Shown here: positions 20,206-30,696 of the stretch, one piece after another
Layout of the letters: every line of letters starts with the position of its first letter
Numbering within the stretch: the first letter of the stretch is position 1
NCBI GenBank assembly: GCA_963777365.1
Contig: CAVZQG010000013.1
Location: 9,600-73,599, forward strand
Length of the DNA: 64,000 nucleotides
Reading direction: 5' to 3'
Source of the DNA: Vulcanimicrobiota bacterium
Lineage (GTDB): Bacteria; Vulcanimicrobiota; Vulcanimicrobiia; Vulcanimicrobiales; Vulcanimicrobiaceae
Made by a program: the position numbers and the translations under genes
The notes under the pieces: model-generated
Databases searched by the model: none
The model's input: only the letters and a program-made list of their open reading frames with translations
Told to the model about the DNA's origin: nothing

Positions 20206-21412
20206 TTATGGTGCGGTCGTTTGAAGGACCGCTGACATCGTCACGTCGGCTTGGCCGTTCGATCCCGTGATCGTCGGCTTTTGCTGTGTGTTGCCCGGTG
20301 GTCCGGCTTCGAACGCCGGATAGTCATATCCGACGGCCGAGACGAACACGTCATCGCCGCTCGTGAGCGATGGTGAAGCGCTCGAACCGGTCTGGCAGCC
20401 CGACCCTACGCATGGTCCAAGCGTTGCCGGAAGCGTGAATGCCTGCGCACCCGTTCCCGAAACGCGCACCGTGTAATACAATCCGGCTTCCACGTCGACG
20501 ATGAAGACTTCCGTCTCCGTCACGCCGCCGGGGATCGTCACGTGTCCCGTGCCGCCTCCGCCCGAGGGCGTGAAGTCGGTTACCGTAATCGGGCCGAGCG
20601 CCGCCGTCGAGTTGAGGTTTGCCGTCGCCTTATACGTCACTTGAGGCGCGTTTTTCGCCGCAACCAACACCGAGAGCGAGTATCCGCCGGACCTTGGCGG
20701 AAGTTCGAAGATGGTGAAGCCCGGCGAATATCCGGCAAAGCCCGACGGGAACGTGCCGTTATTGAAGAACGGCACCGCCGGCGGACCGACCAGATAATCG
20801 AAGGGCGGACTCGCCGCAAAAAACGGCAACGGCTGCGTTGGATCGAAGCCCGAAATACCCGCGATCAGCGAACTGGCGCCGAAGTACGACGGAACTCTCG
20901 AACCCGTTGCCGCCGGACGAGTTGGGATTGCCGGCATAGTACGCCGTCGGCAAGTTCGAACAGCGTCTGGTCGCAATTAAACGGCCCAAAGCCATACGAG
21001 AATACGCCGGTGAACGTCCCGAGCGTCGTATTGACCAAACCCGGCGTTGCTCAGCGGCACCTGCGGTGAACCGCTGATGTGATTGGTCCCGTCGTCGGTG
21101 TTCCCGGTACCGTACGCGCCGCCCATTCCGGGCGGAACGGTGAAACCCGCGGGGCCCGTCAACGTCGGCAAGTTCGCGAGCACTGCGCTCAGGCCGCTTG
21201 GTCTGGCGCAGCGTCGCAACAACGTTCAAACCGACCGTATTGTCCTGTCCTATTCGCGCCGTTCCTACCGCGAGTTGCAGCGACGTTCTATTGAGATTCG
21301 CTTGCGATGAACTCGGTATCTGTCCGGCTCCGCTGGTTGCGCAGCCGGCAAGCACCGCCGCGACGAGCGCTGACCCGACCAGAGCTGCAAGGGTTCTGAT
21401 TGTCTTGCTCAC
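20206..21412 (-). CDS. Hypothetical surface lipoprotein downstream of the TonB-dependent-receptor-like gene, at least 3 frame breaks
   Basis: Lipobox in MSKTIRTLAALVGSALVAAVLAGCA. A Gly/Pro/Thr-rich beta-type C-terminal part lies in ORF 20206..20976. The start is 1 nt after the upstream gene's stop. Confidence 0.5.
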
Positions 21413-21413
21413 G

Positions 21414-24400
21414 CTACAGCCTCGCTTGGATATAGAAGTAGAATGTGCGGCCTAATCCGCTCGGGATGTTCACCCAAACGCCGTTACCGTTCATGAACCA
21501 CCGTACTGCGGCCATGCCGACGGGTAATTGGTGTAGTTGACGCCGCTGGTCGAGAATCCGGTCAGCGGTCCGCTGATACCCGTTGCAAGCGGCTGATAAC
21601 GGCCGTTGAGCGTGTGCGCCCGCGAACGTTTCGTTGAAGATGTTTTCGACATCGAAACCGTACGTGAGATGTTGTGACGGCGGCGCGTACTCGACCGTGA
21701 GGTTGATGAAGCCTTGCGGCGGCGTGAGCTTTCCACCGGCGGAGCGAGTTTCCGATTCACCGCGGCTGGCCGCGATGTTCGGATTGAACACCGATCCCGG
21801 ATTCATCGGATCGACAAAGAACGCCGGACCCGCCGGTGCAGTTGCCGATGAGCGCGTTCGTGTTCGGCAGATTGAACGCCGTGCCGTTGACGAACGCGGA
21901 TGTCAGCGTGCCGACACCCGTCGGATACCCGATGTTGTACGTGTACCGCGGATTCACGCGCCAACCGGAATGCGTTTGGTACGTCAGCCCGAGCGTTGCC
22001 TGGAACGGTGAAAGGAACCCGACCCGATAGACGTTTCCGAGTGCAATCGACGCCGGCTGAATGCTCGGATAGAAATCCTCGGACGAACTGAGTGGAATAA
22101 CGCTCGAGAACTCGTTGATGTACGAGGCCGTGAGCTGCCCGCTCAGGCCGTACGCAACCTGCCGCGTAATGTTGAGATCGATACCCGTCGCCTGCTCTTT
22201 ACCGGCATTCGTCAGCAGCGGCGGTCCAAACTGGATCACGCCGTTGACGACCAACGGCTGCGCCGTTTTGGAATGGATCGGCGAGGATTCATTGGCAATC
22301 GTATCGTGCTGGTTGCGATACCACGGCGAGACGCTCACCGCCACACCATTCATGAACCCGCTGGTGAACTGGTGCGAAAACGTGAGCTGGTAGTTATCGG
22401 ACGTCGTCGGACGCGCCGGCTGATACGGGATGCCGTCGAAATTCTGGTTGATCCAGTACAGTTGCTCGCCGAAGTTGCGGCATGCGAACAGAGAACCCGG
22501 TCTGCCCGCAGTTGGTGGTAACACCGAGCGACGCCAAGCGGATTATACGGAGCAAGACTCGCCGAACGACGCGTGCTGTATACGCGCCTTGATCCACCTC
22601 ACCGAAGTCGACCGACGCGATCGGCACGAACTGCACGGCGCGGTTGTACGTGATGCGAACAGCAGTGTTTGCTCCGAGCTTATACGAGAGCCCTAAACGC
22701 GGCTGCCAGACTTGCGGTTTTACCGCGTTATCGGGGAAACTGAAGGTCGCCTTGGCGTTGCAGACCCAGTCGTCCGCTGCGTTGAAGGTCGTCGGCGGCG
22801 TCCAGGTAGCCGGCAAATACTGCGTCGTGCACGTAAACGGATCGATGCCCGGCTGCGGCAGACGATAGTCCGCCGCATCGAGCCGAATGCCGATCTGCGC
22901 GTTAATCCGATCGTTCGGCTGCCACTTGTCGCTCAAGTACACCGAATAATCTTGCCGGTTAACGGTCGAAACCTGGTCGAACATCGGGAAAGTTCGTCTG
23001 CGGCGCAGACGGATTGCCCGGATACGCGTATCCGCAGCCGCTCACTCCGAAGAATGCCTCGAGCGGGCATCCGTCAGGGATCGTTCGGCTTGATGAACGC
23101 ATACGGCAATACAAACTGATCGAGCGATCCCGATCGCCGCGACCGAATAGCCCGAACGCCTGCGACCTGATATGAATCGATCGGATGCAGGTGGCTCATA
23201 TCGGCACCCACCTCCAGCAAATGCTTATCGCTGAGCTGCTTTTGGAACGACGCGGTGATGCCGTTGGTCATTCCACCCTGGAGAAGATAGATGTCGTTGT
23301 CGAAAACTGCCTTCGCTGCCCGGACCGTCAAACGTGACGACGGAGTTGGTTCGATACGCCGTGATGTTCAGGAACGTCGAGGGATTGAAGTTGTTGGTAT
23401 ATTCCACCTTGAACGCTTGGTTGGGCTGCCAATACGTGAACGGAGCACGGCCCGAAGCGGACGGCAGCGTTGCCGTCTGCGATGGCTGACCCGGATAGAG
23501 CCCCGAGATTTCAGTGACTTGGTTAGTCGGTCATCCCATAGAAGCCGGACCTACGTTCCGGTATAGACCGGATCGCAGCTGTAGAAGCAAAAATTGTTTC
23601 CGCCGGCTCCCTGGTAGAAGTTATGCTGCGCGATGTCCACAAATGCTTGCAGCGACTGCGAGTTGTTCTGACCGAAGCGATAGACGAGGTTGTCGAGCGT
23701 TTCACGGTCCGACTTCATAGCGCGTGCTGTAGAACTCACCGATATGCGCGTATGGATAGACATTCTTGGCCGTACTGGAACGTCGCGTTCGAGTTTGCGG
23801 ACGAGATGTAGTTCGACCAGCGGCCGTCGGGCGTCGCCCAACTATAATCGAAGTTGAAACGGTGATCGAAGCCCGGGCCGCCAACCGCACCGCCGAATGT
23901 CGCATAAGCAGGATACGTTCCGCGCTTGGCAACGACGTTGAACGTACCGAACCCGCCGCCCGTTCCCTGATTGATGTCGCCGGCACCCGGTGTCAACTGA
24001 ACGAGACTCACTCCGGCTGTCGGGATCGCCAAACTATTGTTGAACTGGTTCGAATAGGCGTCGGTGTACGGAATACCTTCGAACTCGAAGCCTTCTTCAT
24101 ACTCGCGGCCGCCGTGAATAACGGGATAACCGGAGGAGTCCGCCATCGCACCCGGCAGCGAGATGAGCAGGTTCGTTTCGCTTGAGTTGAAGGTCGAACC
24201 CTGGAAGTTTTGGATCTGCGGCGCCCCAACCGTTACCGTATCGGTCGTCTGATTCGGCTGATACGCACTGGATGCCGCGTGCGATCGAACCGCTGCAATT
24301 GTCTTGAGCGATTTCGTCAACGTTTCGTTTATCGTCGTTACCTGATCCGCGAAAACGGAAACGCCCGGCGTCGAAACCGGTTCGTATCCCGTTACTTGAA

Positions 24401-24669
24401 ACGAAACGGTGTACGTATCGGCGAACACGCCGGTGATCGAATAAAATCCGTGCGAGTTTGTCGTACCGTGGTACGATCCCGACGGCGACGCTGCCGTTAC
24501 GCGAACGTCGGCGATCGGTTTGTTCGTCGCACCATCCATAACGGTAGCCGCTCAATACGCCCGCGGTGCTGGCTAGCGCAACACCCGCGGACGAGGCGAT
24601 GAAGATCCCTAGAAAGAGTAGGGTAAAAACGGCGCGCAGCGTATGCGCGTGCCGTCGCGAAATACCCAT
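21414..24669 (-). pseudogene. TonB-dependent-receptor-like outer-membrane protein with N-terminal carboxypeptidase-regulatory-like domain; reading frame broken about 10-12 times
   Basis: Signal MGISRRHAHTLRAVFTLLFLGIFIASSAGVALA. CarboxypepD_reg-like GATNKPIADVRVTAASPSGSYHGTTNSHGFYSITGV...TYTVSF. Plug-like ...LPGAMADSSGYPVIHGGREYEEGFEFEGIPYTD. Barrel fragments lie in about 10 different ORF pieces, ending ...GLGRTFYFYIQARL*. Confidence 0.65.
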
Positions 24670-24829
24670 AAGAATCGTCCCTCCACAGAACTGTATGGGT
24701 GAAATGCAACGCCGGCAGCGGCAGACAACGTTCTGACCGTGTTTCGGACGCCTCCACGCATCCGCCAACGGTGCTATGGAATTAGTTACCCACCAAATGT
24801 GAGCCACCTGTTGAGCGCGAAGTGCAAGG

Positions 24830-26185
24830 TCAGCGTGGCGACACAGCAGCCGGGCGGATATCCGCTAAGAATTGATCAAAGGCAGCGAGCGCCCGTTCGG
24901 CCATCGCCCGGCGACGTTCCCGCTTGCCCTTGGGCGGGGATTCCAAAGGAGGAAAGGGAGCCCAGGTGACGTTCGCCGGTTGAAAGTCGTCCGTCTGCGT
25001 GTTTTGCAGATGCGCAACGACCGCGCCGAACGCGCTTTCCGCCGGAAAATCGGCGGGCGGCAAGCCCAGGATGGCGCGCGCCGCGTGAATTCCGGTCATC
25101 GCTCCGCACGCCGCCGCCTCGACGTACCCTTCGGCTCCGGTAATCTGTCCGGCGAAGTACAGATGCTGCGTTCCGCGCAGACGCAGGTGCGAATCGAGTA
25201 AGCGGGGCGAATCGATAAACGTGTTGCGATGCATCACGCCCAGGCGCAGCCACTCGGCGTTCTCCAGTCCCGGCAGCTTTGCGAAGGCCTCTTTTTGCGA
25301 CGGCCACGTTAGGCGCGTTTGAAATCCGACCAGGTTGAACGCCGTTCCGGCAACATTTTCTTTTCGCAGTTGCACCACCGCATACGGCGTGGTTCCGGTG
25401 CGCGGATCGCGCAGTCCGACCGGCTTGAGCGGACCATACCGTAAAACGTCTTCCCCGCGATCCGCCATCTCCTCAATCGGTAAACAGCCCTCGAAGTATC
25501 GCGTCGTTTCAAACTCTTTTGCCTCATGACGCGGCAGAGTCCGCAGATCCTCGACGAGCTGCAAATACTGTTCTTTGGTCAGCGGAATATTGAGGTAGTC
25601 ATCGCCTTGTCCTTTGTCATACCGCGACTTCGCGTACATCGGCGTTTGGTCGATCGATTCCGCATCCACGATCGGCGAGGCTGCATCAAAGTAGTGCAGC
25701 CGCCTCTTTGCGACCGGCTGCGCATCCCGGCAAAGCACCTCGTCGACGGCGCGCAGCAGGTCTTCGCTCGGAAGCGGCCCGCAGGCAACGATGACCGGAC
25801 GATCGAGCGGTATCGCACGAACTTCTTCGCGATGCACGCGAATGCGCGGATGTGCGAGTATACGCCCCTCCACCGCCTGAGCGAACCGATCGCGATCGAC
25901 CGCGAGCGCGCCGCCCGCGGGAACGGCGGCTTCGCGCGCCGATGCGACGATGAGCGAATCCAATCGCGCGAGTTCCTCTTTGAGTAAACCCACCGCATTC
26001 TCGAGCGCCGCGCCGCGCAGCGAGTTGCTGCACACCAGCTCCGCGAGGTGTCCGGTTTTATGCGCGGGACCGCTGCGCTCGGGCCGCATCTCGTGCAGGT
26101 CGACGTCGACTCCGATCTGTGCCGCTTGCCATGCTGCCTCGCAGCCGGCAAGTCCGCCGCCGATGACCGTCAGCCGCTGCGTCAC
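24830..26185 (-). CDS. trmFO: Methylenetetrahydrofolate--tRNA-(uracil-5-)-methyltransferase TrmFO
   Basis: LTVIGGGLAGCEAAWQAA (FAD motif), LVCSNSLR and FAGQITGAEGYVEAAACG. The GTG start overlaps the topA stop (GTGA). Intact. Confidence 0.9.
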   Translation of the reverse strand: MTQRLTVIGGGLAGCEAAWQAAQIGVDVDLHEMRPERSGPAHKTGHLAELVCSNSLRGAALENAVGLLKEELARLDSLIVASAREAAVPAGGALAVDRDRFAQAVEGRILAHPRIRVHREEVRAIPLDRPVIVACGPLPSEDLLRAVDEVLCRDAQPVAKRRLHYFDAASPIVDAESIDQTPMYAKSRYDKGQGDDYLNIPLTKEQYLQLVEDLRTLPRHEAKEFETTRYFEGCLPIEEMADRGEDVLRYGPLKPVGLRDPRTGTTPYAVVQLRKENVAGTAFNLVGFQTRLTWPSQKEAFAKLPGLENAEWLRLGVMHRNTFIDSPRLLDSHLRLRGTQHLYFAGQITGAEGYVEAAACGAMTGIHAARAILGLPPADFPAESAFGAVVAHLQNTQTDDFQPANVTWAPFPPLESPPKGKRERRRAMAERALAAFDQFLADIRPAAVSPR

Positions 26186-28324
26186 GTGGATGAGGCGAGT
26201 TCGGGCTCGGCCTCCGCTGCGGGTGAGGCGATGCTGCTCACATCATGCTCTTTGTCGGCGCTGCATTCGAGGACGGTGATCCCGCCCCGGCGCGTTTTTG
26301 CCACGACGTACGAGCCGCACACCGGGCACGGTTGCGCCACCACGCGGTCCCACGAGACGAAATCGCACTTCGGATAGTTGGCGCAGCCGTAGAATATCCG
26401 GCCCTTCTTCGATTTGCGCTCCACGACCATGCCGCCGTCTTTGGGACACTTCGCTCCGGTGTCTTTCAGAATCGGGCGTGTCGTTTTGCATTCCGGATAT
26501 CCGGTACACGAGATGAACCGGCCGAAGCGCCCAGTCTTGATCACCATCGGCCGGCCGCAGTTCGGACAGATCTCGTCCGTCGGTTCGTCCTTGATCTCCA
26601 GACGCGGCAGTTTCTTTTCGGCTTCCTCGAGTTTGATCGCGAACGGGCCGTAGAACTCCGCGAGAATCTTCACCCAATCCTCGCCGCCGTCGGCGACCTT
26701 ATCGAGATCGCCCTCCATCTGCGCGGTGAAATTGAGGTCGACGATGTCGGGGAAATGCTCGGCCAGCAAATCGTTTACGGCGATGCCGATCTCGGTCGGT
26801 TTGAAGCGCCGTTCCGCTTGTATAACGTAGCCGCGCGCCTGAATGGTCTCGACAATCGTGCTGTAGGTCGACGGACGCCCGATGCGGTTATCTTCGAGCG
26901 CTTTGACCAAACTCGCCTCGGTGTAGCGCGCGGGCGGCTCGGTGAAGTGCTGCTTGGGCTCGAGTTTGTTCAGATCGAGCCGCTCGTCGCGTTCGAGTTT
27001 GGGAAGCCGTCCCTTTTCACCCTGTCCCGAGATCGCGGCGGAATCGTCATCGCGGCCTTCTTCATAGATCTTGGTAAAGCCGAGGAACTTCACAACGGTG
27101 CCGGTTGCCCGGAATGTGTAACCCGCGGCCTCGACGTCGACGGTCGTTTGGTCGAAGATCGCCGCGGACATTTGTGATGCGACAAAGCGATTCCAAATGA
27201 GCGTATACAAACGCAGCTCGTCGCGCTTGAGGACGTGCGCCATCCGCTCGGGGGTATGGTGGACCGAGGTCGGACGAATCGCCTCGTGCGCGTCCTGAGC
27301 ACCTTCGCGAACCTTGTGAGCCCGGCCGCTGTGATACGGCTGCCCAAAGGTTTCGGTGATGAATTCACGGGCGGCTTCGCGCGCCAGATCGGAGATGCGC
27401 GTGGAATCCGTGCGCATATAGGTAATCAGACCTACGGTGCCCTCGGCTCCGAGATCGACGCCTTCATACAGCGCTTGCGCGAGTTGCATCGTTCTGCGTA
27501 CCCGCAGCTTCAGTTTGCGCGAGGCCTCTTGTTGAAGTGTGGAGGTCGTGAACGGAGCGGCAGCATTGCGCCGCACCTCGCGCTGTTTGATCGAACCGAC
27601 GGAGTAGGCCGCGCCCTCCAGATCGCTCATGATCGCGATCGGCTTGCGCTTGATTCTCCACGGCGATCTTCTCGCCGCCGCGCATGACGAGATCCGCCGG
27701 GAATTTTAGCGAAGGTTCGCCCGCGCTGGAGAGCAGCGCGGTAATCGACCAGTACTCGCGTGGAACGAACGCGAGGATCTCTCGCTCGCGATCGACGATG
27801 AGACGTACCGCTACGGATTGCACGCGTCCAGCCGAAAGGCCGCCGCGAACTTTCGCCCACAGGAGCGGCGATATTTTGTAGCCGACTAAACGGTCGAGGA
27901 TACGGCGCGCCTGCTGCGCATTGACGCGATCGATATCGATCCGATGCGGCTCCTTGAGCGCGGCCAGGGCCGCTTCCTTGGTGATCTCGTGGAGTTCGAT
28001 TCGCTTGGGCTCTTCGAGTCTGAGGAGTTCGGCCAAGTGCCACGCGATGGCTTCGCCTTCACGATCGGGGTCGGTCGCCAGATAGACATCGCTCGCGCCC
28101 TTGACCGCAGATTTGAGCTCTTTGATGATCTCGCCCTTGCCCTTGATCGTCAGGTATCTGGGCGCGAATCCGTTGTCCACGTCCACGCCTAACGTGCTCT
28201 TAGGCAAGTCGCGCACGTGTCCCACCGACGCCTTGACGACGTACTTGGGCGGAAGAAACTTCTTGATCGTCCGCGCCTTGGTGGGGGACTCCACGATAAT
28301 CACGGGCTTCACCGGCTTTTTCAC
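26182..28324 (-). CDS. topA: DNA topoisomerase I, 1 frameshift (~27645)
   Basis: Toprim N-terminus [17 protein letters not shown]...[14 protein letters not shown], catalytic region ...TYMRTDSTR, and three C-terminal zinc ribbons (CPNCGRPMV..., CPKDGGMVV..., CPVCGSYVV). The start is assigned to the GTG at 28324. Confidence 0.9.
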
Positions 28325-28596
28325 GGGCCTTAGTATACCGCCGGGGTCAACCCCCCGGCAAACAGGAACGTGATTTGGGGACCCGCCACGAGAAGTTCGG
28401 GGCCGAGGCAAGCACCATTGATTTGGTCTCATTCTCGCGATGAAATCAATGCAGAACACCTGATATTTCGCAAAACGCAATTTGCTTTAAATGAAGAAAT
28501 TTGCAATTATCACGAAAATTACTTATGATTCGCACAAAGCGCTTTATTGCGCTGTCCACCATCTCAAGTTCGTCCTGGGGACGAAGGGAGGAATGA

Positions 28597-29040
28597 ATGG
28601 ATTCCGACATGATGCAAAACGGCGGAACGATGGGCGAAGACGCACCATTGCGCCGCGGACGCCGCAAAGGCGGCCGGAAAAAGAAAGCTGCTGGACGTAA
28701 AGCCGGCGCCGCACGTAAGGGCACGCGCAAAGCAGACTGTCCGCAAAGGCGGACGCAAGAAGGCTGCGGGCGGACGCAAGAAGACTGCCGGACGCAAAAA
28801 GGCCGGCGGGCGGAAGAAAGCCGCCGGACGCAAAAAAGCGGGCGGACGTAAAAAGGCCGCCGGACGCAAAAAAGCCGGCGGACGCAAAAAGGCCGGTGGA
28901 CGCAAGAAAGCCGCCGGACGCAAAAAAGCCGCCGGACGCAAAAAAACTGGCGGACGTAAAAAGGCCGGCGGACGCAAAAAGGCAGCGGGCCGTAAGAAAG
29001 CCGGCGGCCGTCGTAAGGGCGGACGCAAGAAAAAAGCCTA
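28597..29040 (+). CDS. Lys/Ala/Gly/Arg-rich histone-H1-like (Hc1/AlgP-like) basic protein, 1 frameshift (~28738)
   Basis: SD GGGAGG lies 5 nt before the ATG. After the break the frame reads (KKAAGR/KKAGGR) about 15 times and ends ...RRKGGRKKKA*. The N-terminal frame has the same composition. Confidence 0.6.
28755..29037 (+). repeat. Coding tandem repeat, 18-nt unit (GGACGCAAAAAAGCCGCC-like), about 15 copies
   Basis: GGACGCAA(A/G)AA(A/G)GC(C/T)G(G/C)C recurs with 18-nt periodicity. It generates mirror ORFs on both strands. Confidence 0.75.
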
Positions 29041-29066
29041 GCATCGATCGAAAACAGGGCGGCTCG

Positions 29067-29264
29067 TTACGCGGGCCGCTCTTGCTTATGCCGCTCGCAC
29101 GCATCCCATTCCCAGAGCGGATCGTCAAATGATCTTACAGCGCCGCAGCCGCAATCCCAACGTAAGACGTTGAGCGGTTTTCCGGGCTCGGTCGAGTGCG
29201 GCCGTACATTCTCTTCAGCCGGTTCTCCTAGTCTCTCGACCAGCTCATCCTTCGGATATATCAT
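29067..29264 (-). CDS. Small hypothetical Cys-containing protein (65 aa)
   Basis: The ORF has plausible composition (…WDCGCGAV…DACERH). Its ATG overlaps the divergent ocd-like ATG in a CATG, so one of the two starts is doubtful. Confidence 0.3.
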   Translation of the reverse strand: MIYPKDELVERLGEPAEENVRPHSTEPGKPLNVLRWDCGCGAVRSFDDPLWEWDACERHKQERPA

Positions 29265-30271
29265 GCGCCTACCTTATGCCACATCATTCCCGGTCTTAGT
29301 CGTCGGCGAGCGGGACGTCCACGACCTGCTGCCGATGCAGGACTGCATCCAGGTGATGCAGCGGACGTTCGAAACACTGGATAGCTCGGGGTACGTTCAG
29401 CCCGTACGCATTATCGCGTGGCAGCCCAGCGGAATCGGAGCGCTTGCGACTATGCCGGCCTGGCTTGGAAACCCCGCATCGCTCGGTGCGAAAGTCATTA
29501 CCGTCTTTCCGCAGAACCGGCAAGCGGGACTCGAATCGCACCAGGGTTTCGTCGCTTTGTTCGAATCCGGTCCACGGCGAACCGCGCGCGATTATCCACG
29601 CCGGATCCATAACCGCAATCAGGACTGCAGCCGTAAGCGCGGTCGCAACGCGCGTGCTCGCAAATCCGCAAGCAAGCCGGCTTGCGATTCTGGGGTCCGG
29701 TATGCAAGCCCGAACACATCTGGAAGCGATGCGTTTGGTTCGGCCGATCGGCGGCGTGCGCGTTTGGAGCCGGAACTTCGCGCACGCGCGATCGTTCGCG
29801 CAGGACGCGCAGTCGAGCGGCGGGATCGAGATTTCAACGTTTCAAACGGCCCGCGAGGCGGTCGAGGGCGCCGATATTATCTGCACGGTCACCGCGGCCA
29901 CGGCGCCGGTGCTCGAGGGCGCGTGGCTCAAACCGGGCGTGCACGTCAACGCCGTTGGTTCCTCGGTGCCGCCGTTCCGCGAACTGGATACCGAGGCGGT
30001 CGTCCGCGCGCGGCTGTTCGTGGACAGCAAAGAGAGCGCGCTGCGCGAGCCGGATGACATCCGAATCCCGCTTTCGCAGGGTTTGATAACGGAAAGCCAC
30101 ATCATTGGGGAGTTGGCGGAACTCGTCTCGAGCGCGTGCGCGGGCCGAACGGCCGCGAGCGACGTGACGCTCTTCAAATCGGTCGGCTTGGCGATTGAAG
30201 ATCTGGCGGCCGCTCAGGCGATCTACGAACGCGCAATTGCCCAGGGGCGAGGCGTCATCATCGAGTTGTGA
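29263..30271 (+). CDS. Ornithine cyclodeaminase / mu-crystallin family protein, 1 frameshift (~29570)
   Basis: MRLPYATSFPVLVVGERDVHDLLPMQDCIQVMQRTF..., then another frame GEPRAIIHAGSITAIRTAAVSAVATRVLA...LAILGSGMQARTHLEAM...VNAVGS. Confidence 0.8.
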
Positions 30272-30294
30272 CCACGGCGGTGCGCGGCCAAGAA

Positions 30295-30450
30295 TTAAGC
30301 TGGCGGAATGCCAAGATCCTGACGGAACGCATTGCTGAAGTGCGCCTGGTCGAAGAACCCGAGATCCAGCGCGATTGAACTCAGATCCGCGTCGCTCTCC
30401 AGCATCATTTGCAGTGCATACGTCGTAATGCACTGCAATACGCTTTTCAA
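30295..30450 (-). pseudogene. Remnant of an AraC-family regulator (only the last HTH helix region)
   Basis: ...YALQMMLESDADLSSIALDLGFFDQAHFSNAFRQDLGIPPA* matches the C-terminal AraC HTH. Nothing AraC-like lies upstream in the ORF. Confidence 0.5.
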
Positions 30451-30504
30451 TCTAGGACTAGCCACGCGGCAACAGTCAGATCTTACGGCGTATCTTTCGA
30501 CACT

Positions 30505-30696
30505 ATGAGGCCGCTCATCCGACCCGGCAAGCGCGTACAAATCGTTTCCGACCGGCCTCGTTACAACGGCCGGACCGGAACGATCACGAGCGTGAACATC
30601 GCATACACGGTTGCGCTTGACGAAATCGTGAATGACGAGCGGCAACCGGTTCTGGAGGTTCGCGCTCGCGAGGCTCAGGTTCGAGCGATCGATTAA
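30505..30696 (+). CDS. Small hypothetical protein (63 aa)
   Basis: MRPLIRPGKRVQIVSDRPRYNGRTGTITSVNIAYTVALDEIVNDERQPVLEVRAREAQVRAID* reads like a small beta-barrel protein. There is no obvious SD. Confidence 0.3.
   Translation: MRPLIRPGKRVQIVSDRPRYNGRTGTITSVNIAYTVALDEIVNDERQPVLEVRAREAQVRAID

Noticed and set aside
24670-24829. A cobalamin or other riboswitch in the 160-nt leader of the TonB-dependent-receptor-like gene.
   Set aside because: The leader is too short for a cobalamin aptamer, and no B12-box (GCCACUG-like) or other recognisable aptamer core is seen.
28544-29132. A regular short repeat array that could be mistaken for a CRISPR array, and large ORFs on both strands (28544..29128, 28564..29028, 28896..29132).
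   Set aside because: The period is 18 nt with no unique spacers. It is a coding tandem repeat (KKAAGR units) inside one gene. The other ORFs are frame and strand mirrors of the repeat.
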